DNA of 32,000 nt, from positions 1-32,000 of the forward strand of contig OZ252279.1 in assembly GCA_965250005.1 (NCBI GenBank). The letters run 5' to 3'. The notes beneath the pieces are model-generated. The model ran no database searches. It was not told the origin of the DNA and saw only the letters and a list, made by a program, of their open reading frames with translations. Numbering within the stretch: the first letter of the stretch is position 1; every line of letters starts with the position of its first letter. Positions 1 to 9,956 of the stretch are shown piece after piece. Origin of the DNA: Demequinaceae bacterium. GTDB taxonomy: Bacteria > Actinomycetota > Actinomycetes > Actinomycetales > Demequinaceae. The position numbers and the translations under genes were made by a program.

Positions 1-2
1 CC

Positions 3-218
3 CCATGGCCCGAGGTGCCCGCGGAGAAGAAGCGGTTCCGACGCACCAAGATCGGAGCCGGTGTGGCCACCGAGATTCGCGATGTGGGCCGCGCAGTTAT
101 TGCGCACGCCATCAAGGACGAGATTGTTGAGCCCACGCAGACCATGCACCAGGCGTACCGCGCACTGGATGAACTCACGCATCTGGGCGACGCGCAGACG
201 CCACGCACCGCAGCTTAA
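3..218 (+). CDS. Hypothetical protein, 3' end of a gene entering from the left edge
   Basis: Open frame from the window edge: PWPEVPAEKKRFRRTKIGAGVATEIRDVGRAVIAHAIKDEIVEPTQTMHQAYRALDELTHLGDAQTPRTAA, stop at 216-218. No clear start, no family recognised. Confidence 0.5.
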   Translation, partial: PWPEVPAEKKRFRRTKIGAGVATEIRDVGRAVIAHAIKDEIVEPTQTMHQAYRALDELTHLGDAQTPRTAA

Positions 219-246
219 GCGGGTGTTGGCCCCCCACGGGCAATCG

Positions 247-916
247 CTACTGGGTCGCCGGTGGCGCCTCTAGCGTCTTGCGCGCCTTGGCCGCGAGCTT
301 CACGGCAACCTCGTGCCAACCGGCGCGATCCTTCTTGGTGGGCTTGTCTTTGATCCCGGGCGAGGCGAGCTTCTTGAAGAACGGGTGCTGGGCGGCGTCG
401 GCGATCGCGCCCGCGTACTTGAGCAACGCGTCGGCGGAGTGGTAGCGCACCAGGTAATCCTCGGAGGCCGCGCTGATCTCGAGCGCGTCATTCGCCTCGA
501 GCGAGGGCTCGAGTTTGCCGACCGCCATCGCGGCGTCGATGCCGAAGACCCAGTGATTTCTCCCAACCAATACGTCGAGCATGGTGCTCCGGTGCACCGG
601 GTCTCCGGTGACCTGGAAGAGCGTCTCGGCCTGCTTCAAGGTGAATGAGGCGGACGGCGGGTTCTCGTACGCCTTGAGGTGCTCGAGCGCCTCGGGAACT
701 TTTCGCCCAGCGGCGATGAGCCGGCCGATGGACTCGGCGGCCATCGCGGCCGTAACAGCGACGCCCTCGATCAGCATCGCCTCGACCAGTTCCGGGTCCT
801 CGCGATGCGCCTTCTCGATCGATGACCAGTTCGGCACCGTCGTGCCACACCATGTACGGGTCGCCGAACACATCGACGTGCCAGGTGTCCCACGTGGGCG
901 CGAGCTTCTTTGCCAT
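247..916 (-). pseudogene. Hypothetical alpha-helical protein, apparently split over two frames (possible frameshift or indel near 830)
   Basis: ATG at 916 gives MAKKLAPTWDTWHVDVFGDPYMVWHDGAELVIDRE, then low-quality sequence. The neighbouring frame continues IEKAHREDPELVEAMLIEGVAVTAAMAAESIGRLIAAG...KARKTLEAPPATQ to a stop at 247. A GTG start inside the downstream frame cannot be excluded. Confidence 0.45.
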
Positions 917-1059
917 GTCGCCAGGGTATCCGGAGACCGGTGTCCCCAGCCCGCTGCGGGGGAGAGCCGACGGCCGGAGCCAACCGCCGCGTCGTCCCTG
1001 GTCCGCGCGAGGGCGAGCCTGGTTGCAGCCGCAAGTAGCGGCGCCTCAAGGAGGGCGCG

Positions 1060-1551
1060 ATGAATGATCTGACAATGACTGTGAACGGCTGGGTGGCCAC
1101 TCAGCCAGCCCAGCATGTGGGGCCGTCGGGGGTGCGGCTCACCAGTTTTCGGATGGCGAGCACGTCCCGGTACTACGACCGGGAGAAGCAAGAATGGGTG
1201 GACGGCCGCACCGAGTGGTTCTCCGTCAAGGTGTTCCGGAACGCCGCGATCACCGTGGCGAACTCTATTCACAAGGGGCAGCCCGTTGTGGTTCACGGGC
1301 GCTTCCGGACATCCGAGTGGGAAGGCGACTCCGGGACGCGCGTGGACCTCGTGATCGACGCGACAAGCGTGGGGCACGACTTGACGCGCGGTACAGCGGA
1401 CTTCTCGCGGGCAGTGGGCGATGGTGCACTGGGCGAGCCGGAAGCTCCGGCAGACCCGCCCGACGTCGAGGCTATCGACGCGGCGGGGTCCGAGGTCGGG
1501 GACGAGAACGAGGACTCGGAGAAGGCCGAGGAGCTGGCGCTGTCGGCGTAA
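1060..1551 (+). CDS. ssb: Single-stranded DNA-binding protein (OB-fold)
   Basis: MNDLTMTVNGWVATQPAQHVGPSGVRLTSFRMASTSRYYDREKQEWVDGRTEWFSVKVFRNAAITVANSIHKGQPVVVHGRFRTSEW: Ssb-type core followed by an acidic tail. Confidence 0.88.
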   Translation: MNDLTMTVNGWVATQPAQHVGPSGVRLTSFRMASTSRYYDREKQEWVDGRTEWFSVKVFRNAAITVANSIHKGQPVVVHGRFRTSEWEGDSGTRVDLVIDATSVGHDLTRGTADFSRAVGDGALGEPEAPADPPDVEAIDAAGSEVGDENEDSEKAEELALSA

Positions 1552-1773
1552 CCTCCGTGCGCCTGAAGCGTGAGCGAGCCCTCCCGTTGTGACATTCGCG
1601 GGAGGGCTCGCTTGGGTCCGGGCTGCTACTCGCGCGGAGTCGAACGGCGCAGCAGTAGGTACCCCGACAGCGTGCGCCCGTCGAGGTGCCGGCGACCGAA
1701 TACACTGGTCCCGTGGCGGCGGGACCCCGTTCCCGCGCCGTTCGCACCGACACCCCAATCATGTGGAGCACCA

Positions 1774-3456
1774 GTGGCTGAGTTCATTTACACGATGCAG
1801 AAGGTGCGCAAGGCGCACGGCGACAAGGTCATCCTCGACGACGTCTACATGTCGTTCTACCCGGGCGCCAAGATCGGTGTGGTAGGCCCGAACGGTGCCG
1901 GAAAATCGTCCGTCCTCAAAATCATGGCCGGGCTGGACCAGCCGTCGAACGGCGAGGCGCGACTGAGCGAGGGTTACACCGTCGGCATCCTCATGCAGGA
2001 GCCGGAGCTCAACGAAGACAAGGACGTGCTCGGTAACGTAAAGGAAGGCGCGGGCGAGGTTCAGGCGAAGCTGGACCGCTTCAACGAGGTCTCGGCCCTG
2101 ATGGCGGACCCGGATGCCGACTTCGACGCGCTCATGAAGGAAATGGGCACGCTCCAGGAGTACCTGGATCACGCGGACGCGTGGGACCTCGACAGCCAGC
2201 TCGACCAAGCGATGGACGCGCTCCGCTGCCCGCCCGGTGACGCCGACGTCAAGGTGCTCTCCGGCGGTGAGCGACGCCGCGTCGCACTATGCAAACTCCT
2301 CCTGCAGAAGCCCGACCTGCTGCTCCTCGACGAACCCACCAACCACCTGGATGCCGAGTCCGTTCTCTGGCTCGAGCAGCACCTCGCCAAGTACGCCGGC
2401 GCCGTGCTCGCCGTGACACACGACCGGTACTTCCTCGACAACGTGGCCGAATGGATCCTCGAACTGGACCGCGGCCGCGCCTACCCGTACGAGGGAAACT
2501 ACTCTACGTATCTGGAGCAGAAGCAGGAACGCCTTGCGGTGCAGGGCAAGAAGGACGCGAAGCTCAGCAAGCGCCTCACCGAGGAGCTCGAGTGGGTGCG
2601 GTCGAACGCCAAGGGCCGCCAAACCAAGTCGAAGGCGCGCCTCGCCCGGTACGAAGAGATGGCGGTGGAAGCCGAGAAGACGCGCAAGTTGGACTTCGAA
2701 GAAATCCAGATCCCGCCGGGGCCGCGACTGGGCAACATCGTCCTTGAGGCCAAGAACCTGCAGAAGGGCTTCGACGGGCGCGTGCTCATCGACGGCCTCA
2801 GTTTCACATTGCCACGCAACGGCATCGTCGGCGTGATTGGTCCCAACGGCGTGGGTAAGACCACCCTGTTCAAGACGATCGTCGGATTGGAGCCGCTCGA
2901 CGGCGGCGAGCTCAAGGTGGGCGAGACGGTCAAAATCAGCTACGTGGATCAATCACGCGGCGGGATCGACCCCAACAAGACGCTGTTCGAGGTTGTCTCA
3001 GACGGGCTCGACTTCATCAAGGTAGGCAACGTCGAGATGCCGTCGCGCGCGTACGTGGGCGCGTTCGGCTTCAAAGGGCCGGACCAGCAGAAGCCCGCGG
3101 GTGTGCTCTCCGGTGGCGAGCGCAACCGCCTTAACCTGGCGCTCACCCTTAAGGAGGGAGGAAACCTGCTCCTCCTTGACGAGCCCACCAACGACCTCGA
3201 CGTCGAAACCCTGGGTTCGCTCGAGAACGCGCTGCTGAACTTCCCCGGCTGCGCCGTGGTGGTCTCGCACGATCGCTGGTTCCTTGACCGAGTGACCACG
3301 CACATCCTGGCCTACGAGGGCACCGACGAGAACCCCGCGAACTGGTACTGGTTTGAAGGCAACTTCGACAGCTACGAAGCGAACAAAATCGAGCGCCTTG
3401 GCGAAGAGGCCGCGCGGCCTCACCGCGTCACGTACCGCAAGCTCACGCGGGATTAG
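1774..3456 (+). CDS. ettA: Energy-dependent translational throttle protein EttA (ABC-F ATPase)
   Basis: GTG start at 1774 (VAEFIYTMQKVRKAHGDKVILDDVYMSFYPGAKIGVVGPNGAGKSS). Two ABC domains with LSGGERRR and LSGGERNRLNLA signatures, Walker B LLLLDEPTNHLDAES / LLLLDEPTNDLDVETL, and EttA-like C-terminus ENPANWYWFEGNFDSYEANK. About 560 aa. Confidence 0.95.
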   Translation: MAEFIYTMQKVRKAHGDKVILDDVYMSFYPGAKIGVVGPNGAGKSSVLKIMAGLDQPSNGEARLSEGYTVGILMQEPELNEDKDVLGNVKEGAGEVQAKLDRFNEVSALMADPDADFDALMKEMGTLQEYLDHADAWDLDSQLDQAMDALRCPPGDADVKVLSGGERRRVALCKLLLQKPDLLLLDEPTNHLDAESVLWLEQHLAKYAGAVLAVTHDRYFLDNVAEWILELDRGRAYPYEGNYSTYLEQKQERLAVQGKKDAKLSKRLTEELEWVRSNAKGRQTKSKARLARYEEMAVEAEKTRKLDFEEIQIPPGPRLGNIVLEAKNLQKGFDGRVLIDGLSFTLPRNGIVGVIGPNGVGKTTLFKTIVGLEPLDGGELKVGETVKISYVDQSRGGIDPNKTLFEVVSDGLDFIKVGNVEMPSRAYVGAFGFKGPDQQKPAGVLSGGERNRLNLALTLKEGGNLLLLDEPTNDLDVETLGSLENALLNFPGCAVVVSHDRWFLDRVTTHILAYEGTDENPANWYWFEGNFDSYEANKIERLGEEAARPHRVTYRKLTRD

Positions 3457-3466
3457 CAATGTTGCC

Positions 3467-3512
<46 letters not shown>

Positions 3513-3566
3513 TTGCGAGTGGCGGCGGCGTTGTGCGGCGGGTGCGAAAAAGTAGCCTCCGGGGTC

Positions 3567-4445
3567 CTAGCTAGGTAGCCGCAGCATGCCTTCTTGGGCA
3601 ATGGTCGCCACCAGGCGACCGTCCTCGGCAAACACCCACGCTCCCGTGAGCCCGCGCCCGCCCTGGGCAGTGGGCGTGTCTTGGACGTACAGGAGCCACT
3701 CGTCAGCGCGCGCCGGACGATGCCACCACATGGCGTGATCGAGACTCGCGTAGTTCATTCCCTCCGTGGTCCACGCGACGCCGTGACGGCGCAGCAGCGG
3801 CTCAAGCATCACTTGGTCGCAGCCGAACGCGATCAGGGCACGATGCGTCAGCTCGTCCACCTCAAGCGGCTGGCGCACCCGCATCCAGGCCGTCTGGTAC
3901 GCCTTGGGGGAGCTGTCGGGCTTGAGGAAGACCGAGCCCTCCACGTGCCGCACGTCGAACGGACCGCGCTCCAGCCAGAAGTCCGCGGCGGGATGGCCCA
4001 CGAACGGCCGCATCAAGTCCACGCCGGACGTCACGGACTCGGGCCCCGGCACCTCGGGCATGGCCACGGAGTGCTCCGGCCCGTCCTGCTCCACCTGAAA
4101 CGACGCGATCATCGACAGGATGGGCTTGCCGTTCTGAATCGCGTGCGCACGACGAGCGGAGAATGAGCTGCCGTCGCGTAGTTCTTCGACCTCGAACTCG
4201 ATGGGCTTGGAGGCATCCCCGGCGCGCAAGAAGTACGCGTGCATCGAGTGGGCGTGCCGGTCGTCGGCGACCGTCCTGCCGGTCGCGATGAGCGCCTGGC
4301 CGAGCACCTGCCCGCCAAACACGCGCCCGCCGGGCATGGGTAGCGATGACCCCGCGAAGGCTGTGTCGCCCGTCTGCTCGAGATCGAGCGCCTTGAGGCC
4401 GGATGCGACCGCGTCGGTGGCCCAGGGATCATCGACCTTGGGCAT
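3567..4445 (-). CDS. tesB: Acyl-CoA thioesterase II (TesB-like)
   Basis: Double hot-dog type sequence: RVFGGQVLGQALIATGRTV, HSMHAYFLRAGD, YEVEELRDGSSFSARRAHAIQNGKPI-like block, C-terminal YASLDHAMWWHRPARADEWLLY ... GRGLTGAWVFAEDGRLVATIAQEGMLR. Confidence 0.92.
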   Translation of the reverse strand: MPKVDDPWATDAVASGLKALDLEQTGDTAFAGSSLPMPGGRVFGGQVLGQALIATGRTVADDRHAHSMHAYFLRAGDASKPIEFEVEELRDGSSFSARRAHAIQNGKPILSMIASFQVEQDGPEHSVAMPEVPGPESVTSGVDLMRPFVGHPAADFWLERGPFDVRHVEGSVFLKPDSSPKAYQTAWMRVRQPLEVDELTHRALIAFGCDQVMLEPLLRRHGVAWTTEGMNYASLDHAMWWHRPARADEWLLYVQDTPTAQGGRGLTGAWVFAEDGRLVATIAQEGMLRLPS

Positions 4446-4613
4446 GGGCTCTCCTGGCAGGTGCGGACGGGTACTTTGAGGTTATCCTGCCCGTGCGCCG
4501 CTCTTCTAGCCGCACTGATTCCGCGATCGTTCCCGGCACGCCGCCACGTCGACGCCCACGTAGAGAACGCTCTATGACCACCACTCGCGAATCAGCGTGA
4601 GTATCGTGGGGCC

Positions 4614-5363
4614 ATGAACGAACCGACGACGGCCGACGACCCGTTCTTGATCAACCCTCGTGAGAAGGCAGCGCCCGAGCGCAAGCGCGCGCCGGGAGTC
4701 AAAGCGCCTCGCCTCGTGGGCGACACCGTGGATTTGCGAGGGACCGGCTCTCCGCAAGAGAGCTATCCCAATGCGAAACCGATGCCCACGCCGGTCGCGG
4801 CTCCGGCCCCAGCTCCAGCGCCAGTCGTGCCAACTCCGGTCCCGGGGGGCCCACCTGCGCCTCCACTCGCAGCCGCGCCTAGCGCGGCAACGGCTCCGGG
4901 TCCGAACCCATCCGCCTACGCGGCCCCGCCGCCGCAGGCGTATCCGCCGCACCAGACTGCGCAGTGGAAGCGCAGTTGGAAGACCACCTGGGCCCGATGG
5001 GGCGTTGCGGCGGGCATCACGTGGGTGCTCTCAGGGATCTTCGGCTTTGTTCTTGCATCGGCGTTCGTTACGGGGCAGTCGTACGAGGCCCTGGGCTACT
5101 CCGTTGGCGAGCTCTCTCTCGGCTACGCTCTCTACGTGTTCTTTTGGGGCCACTGGTACGACCACGTGATCGCGGGCGCAGGCAAGTGGGGCGCCTTCGC
5201 GGTGACCGTGGGTACGGCCGGATTTCTATCCCTGTTCGGCTCGCTGGGCGTCAGTTGGCTCCCTCCCGGCGTCTACTTCCTGCTCGCAATCGCGATCGCG
5301 TCCATCACGTTCCTTACCGTGACGGCGGTTTTCAAGTCGTCCTTCAAGCCACCGACTGCCTAG
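4614..5363 (+). CDS. Membrane protein with a proline/alanine-rich cytosolic N-terminus and a C-terminal multi-TM domain; divergent member of the WWxDH family
   Basis: Pro-rich stretch then WARWGVAAGITWVLSGIFGFVLAS ... YALYVFFWGHWYDHVIAGAGKWGAFAV ... YFLLAIAIASITFLTVTAVFKSSFKPP. Confidence 0.75.
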   Translation: MNEPTTADDPFLINPREKAAPERKRAPGVKAPRLVGDTVDLRGTGSPQESYPNAKPMPTPVAAPAPAPAPVVPTPVPGGPPAPPLAAAPSAATAPGPNPSAYAAPPPQAYPPHQTAQWKRSWKTTWARWGVAAGITWVLSGIFGFVLASAFVTGQSYEALGYSVGELSLGYALYVFFWGHWYDHVIAGAGKWGAFAVTVGTAGFLSLFGSLGVSWLPPGVYFLLAIAIASITFLTVTAVFKSSFKPPTA

Positions 5364-5366
5364 CGC

Positions 5367-6062
5367 GTGTTCTTCCTCAAAGCTCTCGCGACATCACTGC
5401 TGACGGTCATCCGGGCAGGAAAGTGGCAGCGCCGCTGGAGCGTCACCGCGTGGAGGTTCGGGATCGCCACGATTCCCGGCGCGATGGTCGCGGTCGTTAT
5501 TCGCGTGTCCGTGCCGGGTGGAGGTGAGGATCCGTCCTGGGGCAATGCCGCCACCACCTACCTGTGGCTCGCCCTCCCGGTGCTGATATACGGGATCCTC
5601 GGCGGAGCTGCGGTGGACCACTATGTCGCGCGCGTCGGCGGGCTGCTTACCTGGCTCTCGCACCTGTTGTGGTCGCTCATGGTCGGCACAGTGGTGGTTG
5701 GTGGCTGGTTCTTGTGGTCGGCGTCCTCGGGCAACGTGACCGACGCGGCGACCGCCTGGCTTGCACTGAGCTGGCTCCCGCTTGCGGCGACCATCGTCCA
5801 CCTTTTCGCGGGCTTCGTGCCTGGCTCCTTCCCCAAGCCCAAGGCGGTGCGCGAGAACATCAAGGACGTGCGCGACCTGTATCGCAAGCTGCGCGCCAAG
5901 GGCGCGAACTGGCGTGATGACCGCGATGGCCGGCGCGACCGCAGGCTTGAGGCCAAGAGCGAGCGGCTAGAGAAACGCCGGGAGCTCAAGCAACGGCCGG
6001 CCGCACTACCGCCCGGACGCTCGCGGCCCGAGCGGCTGAACCGCGAACCGGACCAGCACTAG
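5367..6062 (+). CDS. Membrane protein, WWxDH-family member with a charged C-terminal extension
   Basis: GTG start 3 nt after the previous stop. TM segments with [24 protein letters not shown] and C-terminal [16 protein letters not shown], then a Lys/Arg-rich tail. Confidence 0.75.
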   Translation: MFFLKALATSLLTVIRAGKWQRRWSVTAWRFGIATIPGAMVAVVIRVSVPGGGEDPSWGNAATTYLWLALPVLIYGILGGAAVDHYVARVGGLLTWLSHLLWSLMVGTVVVGGWFLWSASSGNVTDAATAWLALSWLPLAATIVHLFAGFVPGSFPKPKAVRENIKDVRDLYRKLRAKGANWRDDRDGRRDRRLEAKSERLEKRRELKQRPAALPPGRSRPERLNREPDQH

Positions 6063-6499
6063 GCGCTCGGCGTCTCCTCGAAGGTATTGACCATCGAGTG
6101 CGCCGCGCGCTCCATGTAGTCCATGAGCGTGGTCCGATGCATGGGCGCGAGGTCCACGGAGTTGACGGCGGCGCGCATGTGCGAGATCCACCGGTCGCGC
6201 GCATCGGGATTGACCCGGAACGGCTGGTGGCGCATCCGCAGCCGCGGGTGACCGCGCTGCTCGCCGTACGTTTGCGGCCCGCCCCAGTACTGTTCGAGGA
6301 ACATGCGCAGCCGGTCGGCGGCGCCGTCCAGCGACTGCTCGGGGTACAAGGGGCGCAGCACCGGATCCTCTGCGACGCGGGAGTAAAACTCCGCGACCAT
6401 CGTCTGGAATGTCTCGTGCCCACCGACAACCTCGTAGAACGACGCCGCCCGGTTGAAGTCCGCAGGGTTCTGCTCCTGAAACGGCTCGGCCTCGCTCAC
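6059..6499 (-). CDS. Group II truncated hemoglobin (GlbO-like)
   Basis: GTG start at 6499. [92 protein letters not shown] is typical of trHbO. Confidence 0.93.
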   Translation of the reverse strand: MSEAEPFQEQNPADFNRAASFYEVVGGHETFQTMVAEFYSRVAEDPVLRPLYPEQSLDGAADRLRMFLEQYWGGPQTYGEQRGHPRLRMRHQPFRVNPDARDRWISHMRAAVNSVDLAPMHRTTLMDYMERAAHSMVNTFEETPSA

Positions 6500-7533
6500 G
6501 GCTTGGCCTTGGGCTTTGCCTTCGCGGCCGCCTTGGCGCGCCTGGCTTTGCCTCCGACGGATTTGGCGGGCGACGGGTCGTCGTTGTACTCGGTGAACAT
6601 CCGGTTGTCGGGAGCCGCCAGGCGGATGCCCCGCTCCGTGAACTGCCGGCGAATGTGCCAGCGGATAGCGCGCTGCACCGACCACTGCTGGCCGGGCTGC
6701 ACCTGCACCAGCACGCGTAGCAGGATGGCGTCGGCGGCGAGGCTCTCGACACCGGGAATCTCGGGATCCCCGAGCACGTGCGGGGATACATTGCCCTCAA
6801 GAAGTGCGTCCTGCGCGGCCTTCATCATGGCGGCGCGCGCGTCCTCCACGCTCTCGCGGTAGTCCACGCGAACCTCGACCATGGCTCGCGACCACACCCG
6901 CGACATGTTGCCCACCCGGGCGATCTCGCCGTTTGGCACGAACCAGACGGTGCCGTCCAGGTTGCGGATGCGCGTGGAGCGCAAGCCGACCTCTTCGACC
7001 GTGCCGGTCACGCCGCCCAGGTCCACGTTGTCGCCCACACCGTACTGGTCCTCGATCAGCATGAACATCCCGCTCAGCAGGTCCTTGACCAGTGACTGCG
7101 CACCAAAGCCAAACGCGACGCCGACGATGCCCGCGGACGCGACCAGCGGTGTCACCGGGATTCCCACTTGTGCGAGCACCATGACCACGGCGATCAGGGT
7201 GATGGTTACTCCCAGCGCGCTGCGCAGCACCACACCAATGGTCTTGGCGCGCATGGAGCGTCGCTCGTCTTCAAGCTGCTTCTGGAGGGTCTGCCGCGGT
7301 GCGCCCAGGCGGGTCTTGCGCAGCACTTTGCGCGCGCGTCGCTCGCCCTTGTCGAAGCCGTCCTCGATGCCCTGAACCACCTTGCGGATGGCTACGCGGC
7401 CTACGAAGAACAGGAGGAAGGCGGCGAGCACCGTGCCGACAACTTCTAGCGTGGTTTGGCTCGCACCCCCAAGCCAATCGACGATGTTGTCCCACCATTC
7501 GGCGGCGGTGTCCTGAATTGCGGCATTTTGCAT
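6496..7533 (-). CDS. Mechanosensitive ion channel, MscS family
   Basis: VAIRKVVQG ... [84 protein letters not shown]: canonical MscS TM3 and beta domain. Confidence 0.95.
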   Translation of the reverse strand: MQNAAIQDTAAEWWDNIVDWLGGASQTTLEVVGTVLAAFLLFFVGRVAIRKVVQGIEDGFDKGERRARKVLRKTRLGAPRQTLQKQLEDERRSMRAKTIGVVLRSALGVTITLIAVVMVLAQVGIPVTPLVASAGIVGVAFGFGAQSLVKDLLSGMFMLIEDQYGVGDNVDLGGVTGTVEEVGLRSTRIRNLDGTVWFVPNGEIARVGNMSRVWSRAMVEVRVDYRESVEDARAAMMKAAQDALLEGNVSPHVLGDPEIPGVESLAADAILLRVLVQVQPGQQWSVQRAIRWHIRRQFTERGIRLAAPDNRMFTEYNDDPSPAKSVGGKARRAKAAAKAKPKAKP

Positions 7534-7579
7534 GCGACCAGCCTACGGGTTGGGAGGCATCCTCTGGCAAGATGTATGC

Positions 7580-9817
7580 GTGACCGACATCAAGGCAGAT
7601 GTGACAGCCGTGGGGGACGACCCGCAGGCGCGTGTCAATGCGCACTCGGCCGCCCTGATCCGGCTTGCTGCGGCGCACGGTGTCTACGCCGAGTACACGT
7701 CGTGGGACGGCGAGGAGCGACGGTCGTCAAGCAAGGCGATCCGCGCCGCACTCGCCGCCATGGGCGTTGCCGCTGGGGACGATGCGCAGTGCCAGCGCGA
7801 ACTAGACACGCTCGAGGACAAGAAGTGGCTGACAACCGTTCCACCGGTCACCGTTGTGCGCGAGGGCGAGGCCGCCGAGGTTCACGTTCACGCCGACCAC
7901 AGCGCGCTACCGGACGTGAACCTGGTTCTCGAGAATGGCGTCACGATCGCGCCGGCGCAACTCAACAAGCACGTCGAGCCGCGCGAAGTTGAGGGCCAGA
8001 CGATCACTCGCGCGACCTTCCAGCTGCCCTCAGACTTGCCTCTTGGCTGGCACACCATCGAGGTGAACCTCGACGATGACGTGGCCCGCGGCGTCGTCGT
8101 AGTGACGCCCGACCAGCTCGAGGTCCCTGCAGCAGTACGCAACAAGCGGCCGTGGGGCTTCATGACCCAGCTGTATTCGGTGCGGTCCGAGCGCTCATGG
8201 GGCCTAGGCGACCTGGCTGACCTGCGCGACCTGTGCACGCTGAGCGCTTCGCGCGCAGGCGCAGACTTTGTGCTGGTCAACCCGCTGCACGCCGCGGAGC
8301 CCGTCCCGCCGCTGACGGCCTCGCCATACCTGCCGTCGTCGCGCCAGTTCGTCAACCCGCTCTACATTCGCGTCGAGGACATCCCCGAAGTCGCCTACAT
8401 GACGTCCGCTGAACGCGCTGTGCTCGAGTGGAAGGCAGAGGCGCTGCACGCCGCTTCGACCAGCGCCGCGCTGCTTGACCGCGACGCCGCGTGGGAAGCA
8501 AAGATTGAGGCGCTCGAAGAAGTGTTCAAGATGCCGCGCAACGCGGCGCGCGAGGCGCAGTTCCGCCACTACGTGAAGCGCAGGGGCTGGGCGCTCGAGG
8601 ACTTCGCAACGTGGTGCGCGATCGCCGAGGAGCGCTCCGGTACTACGGTCCTCACCGATTCTCCTGGCGGCCCAAACGACGGAGCGAGCCCGGACGACCG
8701 GTGGCCCGACGTGCTCGCCACTCCGGTAGCGCCCGGCGTCACTGCATTCCGCGAGATTCACGCCAAGCGCGTGGAGTTCTTCGCATGGCTGCAGTGGCTC
8801 GCCGACGAGCAGCGGTCCGCGGTGCAAGTCGCGGCGCGCCGTGCCGGCATGAGCATCGGCGTTATCGGCGATCTTGCCGTGGGCGTGCACCCCACGGGTG
8901 CGGATGCGTGGGCGCTCGGCCACGCCCTGGTCCGCGGCGTCTCCGTTGGCGCACCCCCGGACTTGTTTAACCAGCAGGGCCAGAACTGGTCGCAGCCGCC
9001 GTGGCACCCGCGCGCGCTTGAGGACGCGGCGTACTTGCCGTTTCGCGAGATGGTGCGCGCCTCGCTGCGTCACGTCGGCGCGGTCAGGGTGGACCACATC
9101 ATGGGGCTGTTCCGTCTCTGGTGGGTGCCCGAGGGCCACTCCCCAGACGACGGCGTGTACGTGCGTTACGACCATGAGGCGATGGTGGGCATCCTCGCGC
9201 TCGAAGCGCACCGCGCCGGGGCAATGGTTATCGGCGAGGATCTGGGAACCGTCGAACCATGGGTCTCCGGATATCTGAAGGAGCGCGGCATTCTTGGCAC
9301 CACTGTGCTGTGGTTCGAGAACGACGCTCACGGCAACTTTAGTGACCCCGCGATGCACCGCGCGGAGGCGCTCGCGACCATCACCACGCACGATCACCCG
9401 ACCACCGCGAGCTTCCTGTCAGGCGAGCACGTGGACGTGCGAAACAAGCTCGGCCTGCTGGTCGAGCCTTACCGGAACGTTCGCGAGGACGCGGCCCGCG
9501 ACCGCACCAAGGCCGTCGCGTTCCTCGAGCACCACGGGTTCGCGGGCAACGGCGTGAACGGTGACGTTGACCCGGAGCAGGACCTGCTGATAGGCCTGCA
9601 CCGCGCGGTGATGGCCTCTCCCGCGCTGCTCACGGGAATCTCACTCGCCGACGCCGTGGGTGAGCGCAAGGCCCAGAACCAGCCCGGCACGGACCGCGAG
9701 TATCCCAACTGGCGCATCCCGCTGACCGACGCGCGCGGCGGCGTAGTGATGCTGGACAATCTGTTCGACCACCCGCGCATGCAGGCGCTGGTCGCGGCGC
9801 TCAACGAGTCGCGGTAG
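7580..9817 (+). CDS. malQ: 4-alpha-glucanotransferase (GH77)
   Basis: RSWGLGDLADLRDL, GADFVLVNPLHAAEP, SPYLPSSRQFVNPLYI, VRVDHIMGLFRLWWVPEG, VIGEDLGTVEPWV, TITTHDHPTTASFLSG. GTG start at 7580. Confidence 0.95.
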   Translation: MTDIKADVTAVGDDPQARVNAHSAALIRLAAAHGVYAEYTSWDGEERRSSSKAIRAALAAMGVAAGDDAQCQRELDTLEDKKWLTTVPPVTVVREGEAAEVHVHADHSALPDVNLVLENGVTIAPAQLNKHVEPREVEGQTITRATFQLPSDLPLGWHTIEVNLDDDVARGVVVVTPDQLEVPAAVRNKRPWGFMTQLYSVRSERSWGLGDLADLRDLCTLSASRAGADFVLVNPLHAAEPVPPLTASPYLPSSRQFVNPLYIRVEDIPEVAYMTSAERAVLEWKAEALHAASTSAALLDRDAAWEAKIEALEEVFKMPRNAAREAQFRHYVKRRGWALEDFATWCAIAEERSGTTVLTDSPGGPNDGASPDDRWPDVLATPVAPGVTAFREIHAKRVEFFAWLQWLADEQRSAVQVAARRAGMSIGVIGDLAVGVHPTGADAWALGHALVRGVSVGAPPDLFNQQGQNWSQPPWHPRALEDAAYLPFREMVRASLRHVGAVRVDHIMGLFRLWWVPEGHSPDDGVYVRYDHEAMVGILALEAHRAGAMVIGEDLGTVEPWVSGYLKERGILGTTVLWFENDAHGNFSDPAMHRAEALATITTHDHPTTASFLSGEHVDVRNKLGLLVEPYRNVREDAARDRTKAVAFLEHHGFAGNGVNGDVDPEQDLLIGLHRAVMASPALLTGISLADAVGERKAQNQPGTDREYPNWRIPLTDARGGVVMLDNLFDHPRMQALVAALNESR

Positions 9818-9823
9818 GTCTCT

Positions 9824-9851
9824 CGCAGCTCGCAGCTCGCAGCTCGCAGCT
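9824..9851. repeat. Tandem heptamer CGCAGCT x4, followed by interspersed GGATGGC / CAGCTCG units to about 9890
   Basis: (CGCAGCT)x4 from 9824, then CGCGGATGGCAGCTCGCGGATGGCGGATGGCGGATCGCGG, just after the malQ stop. Confidence 0.9.
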
Positions 9852-9956
9852 CGCGGATGGCAGCTCGCGGATGGCGGATGGCGGATCGCGGTTTTCGCCG
9901 AGCGCGCGGTGCCGACCTGCGCTAGCATTGTGTGCGAGCCACGGAGGAGGGACGAC

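Noticed and set aside
917-1758. Upstream half of the 503-aa - strand ORF 247-1758
   Set aside because: Overlaps ssb on the opposite strand and has noise-like composition. Only the part below about 840 looks coding.
6006-6800. 264-aa - strand ORF over the globin/MscS junction
   Set aside because: Arg/Pro/Ala-rich out-of-frame translation of the globin gene and the end of the MscS gene.
8204-9397. 397-aa - strand ORF inside malQ
   Set aside because: Shadow ORF; the + strand carries all GH77 motifs.
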